This document shows positions 29,753-39,335 of a stretch of DNA of 64,000 bases, one piece after another; the first letter of the stretch is position 1; each line of letters starts with the position of its first letter. The position numbers and the translations under genes are program-made. The stretch comes from Promethearchaeota archaeon (GTDB taxonomy: Archaea > Asgardarchaeota > Lokiarchaeia > Sigyniarchaeales > SOKP01): positions 12,933 to 76,932 of the forward strand of contig JBHLNT010000006.1 of the NCBI GenBank assembly GCA_048941265.1, in the 5' to 3' direction. The notes below the pieces were generated by a model. It did no database searches and was not told the origin of the DNA. It worked only from the letters and a program-made list of their open reading frames with translations.

Positions 29753-30442
29753 ATGAATATTGTTGAAGTTTTAAAGAAAAAAATCGAAAACGGTCAAAAT
29801 GTTCTTACTGAATTCGAATCCAAAGAGCTTCTTAAGGAAATTGGCATTCCAATCCCTGCTCAGAATCTTACTAAAACTAAAGATGAAACTTTAGCTGCTG
29901 CTGAAAAGATAGGATTTCCAGTAGTTATGAAGCTTATGGCAGAAGATGTCGTCCATAAATCGGATACTGGAGCAGTAAAGCTAAATATTAAAAATAAGGA
30001 AGAAGTAGGAAACGCTTACGATGAATTAATGAAAATACCATCACAATCAGAAAAGCAAATATCAGTTCAAAAAATGGCTGATGAACCCATAACTGAGCTT
30101 ATAATTGGTATGACTACAGATGCCCAATTCGGCCCAGCTTTAATGTTTGGAATAGGGGGTATTTTAGTTGAACTTCTGGAAGATGTAAGTTTTAGAATTG
30201 CCCCCATTACGGAATACGATGCGAAAGAGATGATCCATGAAATTAAGGGATTTCCCATTCTAGATGGGTATAGAGGCAAACCTAAAGCGGATATTGATGC
30301 TATCGTTGATGCTTTACTAAAAATATCTGATCTCGTCGTAAAAAACGAGGAGATTTATGAAATGGATTTAAATCCCGTTTTTATTTACGGAAAAGGATTA
30401 ATCTGCGTTGATGCCAGGATTATCCTAAAAATGAAAGAATAA
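29753..30442 (+). CDS. acyl/acetate-CoA ligase (ADP-forming) beta subunit, ATP-grasp
   Basis: LTEFESKELL, GFPVVMK, HKSDTGAV, FGPALMFGIGGILVE, EMDLNP, VDARI. Confidence 0.92.
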   Translation: MNIVEVLKKKIENGQNVLTEFESKELLKEIGIPIPAQNLTKTKDETLAAAEKIGFPVVMKLMAEDVVHKSDTGAVKLNIKNKEEVGNAYDELMKIPSQSEKQISVQKMADEPITELIIGMTTDAQFGPALMFGIGGILVELLEDVSFRIAPITEYDAKEMIHEIKGFPILDGYRGKPKADIDAIVDALLKISDLVVKNEEIYEMDLNPVFIYGKGLICVDARIILKMKE

Positions 30443-30447
30443 ACCAA

Positions 30448-31353
30448 TTATATTTTTCTTCTATTTTTTAAAAATAATAAATCTAAAATCTCTTTATAGC
30501 GTTTACATAACGAAATATTCGTAATTTGTGCTACTTTGGCAACCTCTTTTTGGCTAATGGTTATATTTATCATTTTACAAACCAAATATAGTGCACTTGC
30601 TGCAATAACTCTTGGATCCTTGCCTGTTGAGCAAGATCTTGAGGTAAATGATCTAATTATTTTTATTGTAGGAGATTCCACCTTAAAATCTAATTTCAAT
30701 TCCGAAATAAATCTTGGAACGAATAAAATGGGATCTGGAGGAGGAGTTTTTAAATTTAATTCTTTTATTAGCGTCTTGTAGCAATTATATATTTCTTTTG
30801 AATTTTCATGCTTTAAATTTGCTTTATTTGAAATTTCTTTTAATGATCTTGAGATTTGTTTGACTCTACAAACGTAAAATATACAAGCAGCTACCATTCC
30901 ATTAATACTTCTCCCGCTTAGCATATTATCTTTAAGATATCTTTTGTATAATGTCATTGCCATGTCTTTAACATAGCGGGGCAATCTCAAACTTGCCGTA
31001 ATTCGTTTTATTTCATTACCAGAAATAAGAAGATTTTTTTCGTTCCATTCAATTAATTTGTCCTTTTTTGCAGCTCTTTTTAAATCTGGATTTCTAATAT
31101 GATTAATTTTTATAATTGTACTTTGATTAAGATTGGAAAAGATAGTTTGAGGGGGACCTGTTGTAAGTTTTTTTTCTATTTCTTCTGAAGTAAAAAATCT
31201 TAGACCAATGTTGAAATTATCAATATTTCTTTCACTTATTATTAATCCACAATTATTACAGATAATTTCCCCTTTTTCTTGTATAAATGTGTCTTTGCCA
31301 CCACATTCGAGGCATGTCATTTTCTCAATTGACGGAGAAGAGTCTGCTTCCAT
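30448..31353 (-). CDS. tfb: transcription initiation factor IIB (TFB) paralog
   Basis: Zn ribbon CLECG...GEIICNNCG and two cyclin repeats (GRSINGMVAACIFYVCR; GKDPRVIAASALYLVC, SQKEVAKVA); B-reader region is divergent. Confidence 0.88.
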   Translation of the reverse strand: MEADSSPSIEKMTCLECGGKDTFIQEKGEIICNNCGLIISERNIDNFNIGLRFFTSEEIEKKLTTGPPQTIFSNLNQSTIIKINHIRNPDLKRAAKKDKLIEWNEKNLLISGNEIKRITASLRLPRYVKDMAMTLYKRYLKDNMLSGRSINGMVAACIFYVCRVKQISRSLKEISNKANLKHENSKEIYNCYKTLIKELNLKTPPPDPILFVPRFISELKLDFKVESPTIKIIRSFTSRSCSTGKDPRVIAASALYLVCKMINITISQKEVAKVAQITNISLCKRYKEILDLLFLKNRRKI

Positions 31354-31691
31354 ACAAAATGCCTTTTTTTATGATTTTATAAAAAGAATTGCAGTAAATT
31401 AATAAGATATGTCTATAATGTATATGAAAAATGTTATATTTAAACTCACTTTAGTAATTAATAAAAAATATTTCTGTTAAATCCATAATACAAAATATTT
31501 TATTATTATCACAAATAATTATTGATAATTTTATTTAGGGGAATTAAACATTTAAATAGACAAATTTTAAAATAATATTTATACCTATAGTTTGTAATAA
31601 ACATTTAATCTTTAAAAAAAGATAAAAACAAATAGGTAATCTTAATAAAAAATAAATTTAAAATTAGAAACCTTCGGGGATTAAAATTTAT

Positions 31692-34600
31692 ATATACAAT
31701 ACAAAAAAAAATAAAAGAAGACTGATAATCTTATTTTTACTCCTCGGATTAGCTAATGCAAACTTTTCTGCGATTAATTTTATTTCTTTCACAGGTGTAC
31801 CAACAACTAAAAACGGTTCAAATGAGAATAATCCTCCATTAAATGATAACACTCTCGAACTTGCAGCATATTCAGACACAACCGAACAAACTGGAAACAA
31901 TATTGCGATTACTCAGCATCAATCAATTAATAATACAGGTAATCCTTTATATGAAATTACCGATTTTAACAGCCTTGAGAACCGTACATTTGAAATTGAT
32001 TGCCCTACTGATACTGATTTTAAATCTTCATACACCGAAATAAAAGTCAATGATATTTATGCTCCAAATATAACACTCGTAGTTGATAATGATATTTCAA
32101 ATACAGCACCAATTGGTTACAATTATACTGTATCGGGCAGCGTTTATGCATCATTTCGAACTAACGGAGGTGTGGGTTATTTAGATAATTTTACTTTTTA
32201 TGCTGCAAAAGGAGGAGCTACTGGTTGTACGTTCAATATTTATCTATACACTGCAAAATTGCTATCAGGATTTCCTGCTCCTGACACTATGATAACTGGT
32301 AGTAGTATAGGTTCAGGTTCTCTTACATCAGAAATACAAAATTGGGTCACAATCACAGGTTTACATACTTTATTTAATTCTTCCTCCTTAGAAACTTATG
32401 ACAATACATTCTTTATAAGAATACAGATTACTGGTGCAGAGAATATAATTTGGAATGGTAATTATGATCGATCTGCTCTTTTTGATGGAAAAGACGAAAC
32501 ACAAGTATATGATAATCCTACAACAAGAACTTATATCCCACCATTTATTGATAGTTATGTAGATCTAAACTTTAAAGTCGGCCTAGGTTTCCCTGATAAT
32601 ACACCTGCACCAAAAGATTTAGCGATGACAATAAATAATACGGAAGTGAGCAATGGAGTTGACAATTCTGGAACATGGACAAATAATACTGTCTTACCCA
32701 GATCAAATAATCAATTAAATTTTACTATTGATTCTGATTGGTGGAACGTGACCTGCACCATAACCAAAATACAGGTCAACTATACCAAGACCAGTGTATA
32801 CGGAATTGCTAACTTTACAGCATCGACAATTGATGATACAATATATTGGAATGTTACAATGAGTGATTTAATCAATGACTTTGAAGGAAAATTCGAAAAT
32901 CCCTATATAAATTTCACAGTACCGTCTCACTGGCAAAATGTTAAAGTTTGGAATGGAGGTACGCAAATGGCGATAAGTACAACAAGGCTGTTGGGGACTG
33001 GATATAACGAATTACAAATCCTTAATGCTAATAATGGAAACTTCTGGTTCTTGAACGCTACGACTACAAATATGATAGAAGGAACAGATGGTATAAAGAC
33101 TTATGATGATTTGGGTGTCAATGTGAATCAGATTAATTATACAAATACGATGGAAATTAATGCAACTTTAATACAAGACATAGCTTCGAATAATGGATAT
33201 CTGAATTTAACGATATATAATGGGATTCCGCCATATTATGTGAATTATTCAAGCAATCCGACGACATTTGAGGGAATTCGAGAAATTACCGTCGATGACT
33301 GGGATATGACTACTGTAGATGAGTATGGAAACTATAGAATACAAGTATTGTGGCAAAATGGTACTGATGTTGGATTTCGAGAAAAGATGATTAGAGTAGT
33401 AGGTGAAACAGATATGATTCTGACTACTCCCGCAGTGAACACGTTCAATGCTGATCAGGTCTTTAACATTACTGTGTTTAATAATGATACGGGAAAAGAT
33501 AAAGGATATATACCAACATTATTTACATATACGCTTGATAATGGTGCACATTGGAGGTCTGGAACTGATAATATCACTGCAACCTCAACTCCAGGTGAAT
33601 ATAACATCACTATTCATTGTAATGACACTCAATTTAACGGATACGGCCCGAAAACTATACGAATCAATGCTAATAGGGAATCCTACTATAATCAATCCAA
33701 AACATTCGATATAAATATTTTAGCAGTGACATCTTACTCATTAATAGGAAGTGGTGGAAAATCTGATTTTAATTCAAATGAAGTTTTTAATATTACAATT
33801 GAATATTGGGATGATGAATTAGATGAGGGAATTGATACCAATGAGATAGAGTATAGACTAAATAATACAGCAGATTTTCAATCAAGTAATATTCAAAACA
33901 TAGGGAATGGTCAATATAATATTACAGTTTATTGTAATGATATTTCTTTTGGGGCATATGGTCCACAGTCCATCCTAATTAATATTAATAAGACATACTA
34001 TCATAACCATACTCGAACTGTTGGTTTTAATATTACAGGAGTAACTAATATAAATATCGATTATCCTAATCCAAATACTCAATTCCTAACATCAAAGATA
34101 TTTAATATTACAGTAAATTTCCAAGATACTTCAAGAACTCAAGGGGATATAGCAGATGCATACATTTATTATAAGCTTAATGATACTGAAAATTATAGAG
34201 ATATTCCAAGTGATTGGAAATATATTGGCAATGGACAATATAATATAACCATTGACGGGAGTGATATAGCATTTAATGGAAATCCATATGGTTTATACAC
34301 AATAACAGTAAATGCGAGTAAACAATATTATGAAAACAAAAGTAGATCAATTAATATAATAATCATAGGAGATACTTCATTAGCAGCAATAAGTCCGTCT
34401 CAAGGGGGATATTATAGTCCAGGCGGGGATCCTTTCAATATCACAGTAGAATATAAAGATGCCATAAGATCCCAGGACATAATTGGCGCAAATATCGTAT
34501 GTAGGCTTAATGATACTGGTGCTCTCTTCCGTTCGGATATTGTCAAGTATATCGGCAATGATCAATATAATATTACAATAAATCCAGACGATGTAGATAT

Positions 34601-36848
34601 AAGAAATATATATGGACCTATTAATGTTGTGATAAACGCCTCTAATACATTCTATAGAAATAGATCAATCACTTTTAATTTCAATAGAGTGATTACTACG
34701 CAGATTACATCTCCTGATAATCCTCCAAATCCTAACAATGTTAATCTCGGTTGGATTTTCAGAGAACAAAATGTTTCATATGTGTTTTATTATAATACTA
34801 CACTTGGAGATCCAATAAATAGTGCTGATAGGGAAGTTTTAGAAAATGATGGAGGCTTTATTTATTCTATTCTTGATTTAGGAAATGGTAAATACAACGT
34901 CAGTTTGGATTCGACTGGTATGAAAGCCCAAGTAATTCCGTATACATTTAAGTTTAGAATTTCAGCAACAGGAAATCAATCTCAGGAAATTACCTTGACA
35001 ATACAAGTCTTACTACCAAATACAAAGATTGATATGAAAACTGATATTTCCGATTTTCAAGTTCCAGTTGGATTCAATATAACTTTGGAATTTAACTTTA
35101 CAGACGACTATCATGGGGGAAGAATAGAGTCCATTACATCTGAGAATGTGACTGTTGAATATTATGATGGTATTGGTTGGGTTGATTACAATATTACTTA
35201 TGGAGGTAATCCTAATTTTCCTAATGGAGCATGGGAATTATACAATCTCACTAAAGGACAATATCGCTTAAATATTACAACGTGGAAATTAGGTAATGGT
35301 AATAGATATACCATACGGATAAAAATTTCGTATATTTCTTCGAATCCTGGACGATATAATGATAGTATAATCGAAATTAACAACTTTTTATATGGTACCT
35401 CTTCAATTATTCCACCTGATGGTGGAGGTGGTGGAGGTGGCGGTGGAGGTGGGGGCACAACTGTAACAGGAATTGCTCCTGAAACACTTATGCTCTACAT
35501 TATAATCATAGCTGCCGTAGTTGGGCTTGTAGCTGCTATTGTAGGTGTACAAAAAGGTGTAATAGCGCCTAAAAAGCGAGAAAAAGAGAGAGTACTAAGA
35601 GAAGTAACAACGGTCTTTGATGATGCCATAAATTTAGAGCATTTACTCGTCATTTTTAAGGGTACTGGAACGTGTATATTCTTTAAATCGTATGGAATGG
35701 AGGAAATTGACCCTGAATTAATTAGTGGATTTTTAACTGCTGTATCTTCTTTCGGAAGAGAAATGGATTCCCAAGAAGCACTAAATGAAATCAAATACGG
35801 TGATAAAATGCTTTTGTTAGCCGATGGGGAATATATTAGAGTTGCTTTAGTCTTAGAAAAAAGTGCTTCAATCATATTACGTCAACACTTAAAAGATTTC
35901 ATTGATGCTTTTGAAGTAGCATATGCTAATGCCTTACCAAAGTGGAGGGGACAAATAAATGTCTTCAAAGATGCGGGAGATTTAGTTGATGAGAAGTTAC
36001 ATACGTCGATTATTTTGCCTCATGAAATTAAATATGATTTAGGAAAAGTTAAAGCTCTGAAAAATCCTCACTCTAAGGATGTTTTGAAAATCGCAAACGG
36101 TTTAGTGGCAGAATCAGATCGTAAATTCTTCTTTATAGCAACTCTATTAATTGAAGCTGTCGATAAAACAGGAAAAGATAAGGCAGAGATCTTTATGGGT
36201 ATTAAGGAACTAAGAGATTCCGGTTTATTATCACCAATTCAAATAACAACCATTGAAGAGCAACCAATTTCTCAACAAGAAATGAATCTTATAAGACAAA
36301 AACTTCAATCAATACCAGGACTAACAGATCAAGAACGCCAAAAGTTGGTAACCGATGTTGCAAAAATGAGCCCTGCAGAGAGAGAAGCTTATATTACAAG
36401 TTTGGCTGAGAAAAAGGAAATCGTATCTGCTCCTATTATATCGAAAGCTGGAGCTGTAGTAATAGATAATATCAAATCTGCAAAGAGGGAAGTTTCAAAT
36501 CTCAGAAAGAAAGCCAAATCAGAAGTTAAAAGGAAAAATATTGAAAAAGGCATTGGAATTTATCGAGAAGCCGCGGTTATCGCAACGAATTGGGATTTAA
36601 CAAAAGAATTTGAAGTTATTGAAGATGAAATTAGAATAATCACAATCAGCGATTTAAAATCAAAAATGAAAGTCTTAGAAGCGGAAGCTAAATTAGCAGC
36701 CAAAGCAGGTGATTATGCCGAAGCTGCTGAAAAATATAGTATTGCATCGGAGGCTGCATCAGAGATTTTCAAGCTAGGAATTACAGAAATGACTAAAGAA
36801 GTAAAACGACTAACAAATAAATCTAAAGAATTTGAAAGACTAAGTTAA
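31692..36848 (+). CDS. large single-pass surface protein: signal peptide, Ig-like repeats, poly-Gly linker, TM helix, cytoplasmic longin/roadblock-like and helical domains
   Basis: Frame of ORF 32172 is open upstream to a TAG at 31665 and encodes a signal peptide (KKNKRRLIILFLLLGLANA) with no ATG/GTG/TTG; probable ATA (31692) or ATT (31686) start after GGGGA, about 1718 aa. Many N-x-S/T sequons; TM LMLYIIIIAAVVGLVAAIVGV; cytoplasmic DPELISGFLTAVSSFGRE. Confidence 0.85.
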   Translation: MYNTKKNKRRLIILFLLLGLANANFSAINFISFTGVPTTKNGSNENNPPLNDNTLELAAYSDTTEQTGNNIAITQHQSINNTGNPLYEITDFNSLENRTFEIDCPTDTDFKSSYTEIKVNDIYAPNITLVVDNDISNTAPIGYNYTVSGSVYASFRTNGGVGYLDNFTFYAAKGGATGCTFNIYLYTAKLLSGFPAPDTMITGSSIGSGSLTSEIQNWVTITGLHTLFNSSSLETYDNTFFIRIQITGAENIIWNGNYDRSALFDGKDETQVYDNPTTRTYIPPFIDSYVDLNFKVGLGFPDNTPAPKDLAMTINNTEVSNGVDNSGTWTNNTVLPRSNNQLNFTIDSDWWNVTCTITKIQVNYTKTSVYGIANFTASTIDDTIYWNVTMSDLINDFEGKFENPYINFTVPSHWQNVKVWNGGTQMAISTTRLLGTGYNELQILNANNGNFWFLNATTTNMIEGTDGIKTYDDLGVNVNQINYTNTMEINATLIQDIASNNGYLNLTIYNGIPPYYVNYSSNPTTFEGIREITVDDWDMTTVDEYGNYRIQVLWQNGTDVGFREKMIRVVGETDMILTTPAVNTFNADQVFNITVFNNDTGKDKGYIPTLFTYTLDNGAHWRSGTDNITATSTPGEYNITIHCNDTQFNGYGPKTIRINANRESYYNQSKTFDINILAVTSYSLIGSGGKSDFNSNEVFNITIEYWDDELDEGIDTNEIEYRLNNTADFQSSNIQNIGNGQYNITVYCNDISFGAYGPQSILININKTYYHNHTRTVGFNITGVTNINIDYPNPNTQFLTSKIFNITVNFQDTSRTQGDIADAYIYYKLNDTENYRDIPSDWKYIGNGQYNITIDGSDIAFNGNPYGLYTITVNASKQYYENKSRSINIIIIGDTSLAAISPSQGGYYSPGGDPFNITVEYKDAIRSQDIIGANIVCRLNDTGALFRSDIVKYIGNDQYNITINPDDVDIRNIYGPINVVINASNTFYRNRSITFNFNRVITTQITSPDNPPNPNNVNLGWIFREQNVSYVFYYNTTLGDPINSADREVLENDGGFIYSILDLGNGKYNVSLDSTGMKAQVIPYTFKFRISATGNQSQEITLTIQVLLPNTKIDMKTDISDFQVPVGFNITLEFNFTDDYHGGRIESITSENVTVEYYDGIGWVDYNITYGGNPNFPNGAWELYNLTKGQYRLNITTWKLGNGNRYTIRIKISYISSNPGRYNDSIIEINNFLYGTSSIIPPDGGGGGGGGGGGGTTVTGIAPETLMLYIIIIAAVVGLVAAIVGVQKGVIAPKKREKERVLREVTTVFDDAINLEHLLVIFKGTGTCIFFKSYGMEEIDPELISGFLTAVSSFGREMDSQEALNEIKYGDKMLLLADGEYIRVALVLEKSASIILRQHLKDFIDAFEVAYANALPKWRGQINVFKDAGDLVDEKLHTSIILPHEIKYDLGKVKALKNPHSKDVLKIANGLVAESDRKFFFIATLLIEAVDKTGKDKAEIFMGIKELRDSGLLSPIQITTIEEQPISQQEMNLIRQKLQSIPGLTDQERQKLVTDVAKMSPAEREAYITSLAEKKEIVSAPIISKAGAVVIDNIKSAKREVSNLRKKAKSEVKRKNIEKGIGIYREAAVIATNWDLTKEFEVIEDEIRIITISDLKSKMKVLEAEAKLAAKAGDYAEAAEKYSIASEAASEIFKLGITEMTKEVKRLTNKSKEFERLS
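33400..34700 (+). repeat. about four internal ~105-aa repeats in the surface protein
   Basis: Recurrent FNITV...Y.LN.T...IGNGQYNITI...YGP..I.INA...YY.N units; boundaries approximate. Confidence 0.8.
35421..35456 (+). repeat. Gly12 linker (GGN x12) before the TM helix
   Basis: ggtggaggtggtggaggtggcggtggaggtgggggc. Confidence 0.9.
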
Positions 36849-37039
36849 TTTTTTTTTAAAATTATTTTTTTTTATTTTCTTTTTACTTATTTTTTTTATT
36901 ATCCAGTCTAACTCGTTTTAGGTTTTTATTGATATCTGATTTCTATGTAAATTCTTTTTAATTTTAATTTATATTGTAATTTTAAATACTATAATTGATT
37001 ATGAGAACGTAATAAAATCTTTTTTTTAAGGGAGAAAAA

Positions 37040-37273
37040 TTGGAAATTCCAGCTGATGCTGTTGAAAACATTGAACGAATTGTGTTGAGAATTCTTTATG
37101 ATGAAAAAGCGGTAAAATCAACGAATTTATTAGTTGAACGAGTGTTAGCGATAACTTTTGAAGAAAAAATTGCCATATCAGAAAAAAATATAAAATTAAT
37201 AATTAATAAAATGGACCAAGAGGACAAAATACAATTTAGCCAATCTAAAGGAGGTTGGAAAATTAAAATTTAA
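37040..37273 (+). CDS. small winged-helix-like protein
   Basis: 77 aa, TTG start after GGGAG; helix-helix-helix then 'KIQFSQSKGGWKI' hairpin. Confidence 0.6.
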   Translation: MEIPADAVENIERIVLRILYDEKAVKSTNLLVERVLAITFEEKIAISEKNIKLIINKMDQEDKIQFSQSKGGWKIKI

Positions 37274-37296
37274 TTTTTTTTTATGGAGAAATCAGA

Positions 37297-38607
37297 TTAA
37301 GGTTCCCCAATTCCCCCTTCAGTAATAGTAAACACTGCTTCACTTTCGGGTAAATGTGGAGCATCAACAATTTTAGCTATTCTCTGTTCTCCTTTCCCTT
37401 TTCTCAAGTAAATCCTAATTGTAGTTCCATGAGCAACAACATGGCCTCCTGTATGAGTAGTAGGATTTCCATAGAAAACATCTGGTTTAGAAGATACTTG
37501 ATTTGAAACAACTACTGCAAGGTCATTATGAATATCACATAATCTGAGAAGATCATGAATGTGCTGATTAATAAGTTGTTGTCGGTTGGCTAATGTGCCT
37601 CTTCCAACATATTCCGATCTAAAATGTCCGATGAGAGAATCAACAATAATTAATTTAATATTCTTTTCTTTGATAAGATTAGCGCTATCCTTAACCAAGA
37701 GTATCTGATGATCACTATTATAAGCACGACCAAAGACAATATTTTTTAAAATTTTCTTATAATCTAAATCTAAAGTTTCTGCCATCTGAATTATTCTTTC
37801 GGGTCTAAATGTCCCTTCAGTATCAATATAAAGCGCGTTTCCTTCTAATCCTCCTTGGTCTTTTGGCAATTGTACATTAACACAAAGCTGATGCATAATC
37901 TGAGTCTTTCCTGTCCTAAATTCACCAAAAAATTCAGTAATACTGCCTGTTTCTATACCACCACCTAATAGATCGTCAAATTCTTTATTATTTGTTGTGA
38001 TTCGTGCTATGTTTTTCCTATGCTCCCAAATTTCTTCTCCTGATTTGAATCCAATCCCTAACTTTTCCATGCTTGCTTTAATTAACTTAGCCGTAGACTT
38101 TTCACCAAGACCACTATCCTCTTGAATTATTCTTGGGGGTGTATATGCTATTGATTCCAAGGAGTTGAAACCAGCTTTTATCAGTTTATTTAATGTGGCC
38201 TCCCCTACACCAGGTAAAGATTTCACAGCTTTTATGCAATCATCAAGACCATTTACTGATGAATCTTCAATACTTTCATCTTCTAAATCTTCACTTTCGG
38301 AATCATCCTCATTATCCTCATCAACAAAAACATCCTCAAAATCAGAATCTTCAATGTTATCTTCATATTCTAATTCATTAAATGCTTCAATTAATTCTTT
38401 TTCATCATCATAATCTTCAACTTCAGAATCTGAATTTGCTTTAGGGGCTTCAGTTTCGGAATTCCCATTCTCTTTTAGCAATTTTATGATATCTTTTTTG
38501 CGAGTCTTCGAAGGAACATCAATATCCCTCTCAACAGCATAATTTTTTAAATCTTTAATAGTCATAGAATCAAAATCTATAGTTTCTGCTTTAGCCATAA
38601 TTATCAC
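37297..38607 (-). CDS. radA: DNA repair and recombination protein RadA with N-terminal HeH/Rho-N-like domain and acidic linker
   Basis: HhH (LPGVGEAT), FKSG polymerisation motif, Walker A GEFRTGKTQ, YIDTEGTFRPER, Walker B LIIVDS, GRGTLANRQQ. Confidence 0.95.
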   Translation of the reverse strand: MIIMAKAETIDFDSMTIKDLKNYAVERDIDVPSKTRKKDIIKLLKENGNSETEAPKANSDSEVEDYDDEKELIEAFNELEYEDNIEDSDFEDVFVDEDNEDDSESEDLEDESIEDSSVNGLDDCIKAVKSLPGVGEATLNKLIKAGFNSLESIAYTPPRIIQEDSGLGEKSTAKLIKASMEKLGIGFKSGEEIWEHRKNIARITTNNKEFDDLLGGGIETGSITEFFGEFRTGKTQIMHQLCVNVQLPKDQGGLEGNALYIDTEGTFRPERIIQMAETLDLDYKKILKNIVFGRAYNSDHQILLVKDSANLIKEKNIKLIIVDSLIGHFRSEYVGRGTLANRQQLINQHIHDLLRLCDIHNDLAVVVSNQVSSKPDVFYGNPTTHTGGHVVAHGTTIRIYLRKGKGEQRIAKIVDAPHLPESEAVFTITEGGIGEP

Positions 38608-38791
38608 ATTTTAAAAATATTTTTAAGTAGTTTTTATACTTGTTCTTAATTATGATATATCTATAAACATGGATATTTTAAAGAGAGAAGACCATTAATT
38701 TTCAAATTTTTATTGAAAATATATAATCTTAAAAAAGTCTTAAAAAATGATCTGATAAATATTGCGTTTTTGTTAAGTGGAAAAAGAATTT

Positions 38792-39154
38792 CTATGTGAT
38801 ATTTTTAATAGCTTCTGCTGTTTTTCTAAGCTCTATAAATGCTGTATCCATGCGTGCATCGACATCTAAACAAACAGCAACTATTAGCTCTTCATTACAG
38901 GCCATAACAATGAAATTCCCCTGATTTCCTTGAAGTATACATAAATCCAGAACTCCAGATCTTAATTCAAGGAGAACCCGCTCTGCAACACTCAATATAG
39001 TAGCTGTCATTGCTGCTAATTTGATATCGGATATTCCCTCTTCTAAAATTGACTGAACGATGAGTCCTTCAGCAGAAACTACTGCAGAAGATTTAATACC
39101 ATCGATATTTTCATGTAAGGTCTGAAGCAAGAAAAGGAGTTGTTCGTCACTCAT
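38792..39154 (-). CDS. roadblock/LC7 domain protein
   Basis: GIKSSAVVSAEGLIVQS...LAAMTATILSVAER pattern; 120 aa. Confidence 0.92.
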   Translation of the reverse strand: MSDEQLLFLLQTLHENIDGIKSSAVVSAEGLIVQSILEEGISDIKLAAMTATILSVAERVLLELRSGVLDLCILQGNQGNFIVMACNEELIVAVCLDVDARMDTAFIELRKTAEAIKNIT

Positions 39155-39335
39155 CTGTTGAAATAAGTTTGTAAATTAAGTTAATTAATTATTTATAAAA
39201 TTATAATATTATTCTAATTTTAATGTTTTTATTTGGAAATTTTCATATCTTAACATTTATATTAATAATAAAAAGAAACATTATAAAAATATAGCTAAAT
39301 CGAAAAAAAAGATATCTTCTAATTGTGAGATTCGT

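Noticed and set aside
35198-35458. Minus-strand poly-Pro ORF
   Set aside because: Antisense reading of the Gly12 linker.
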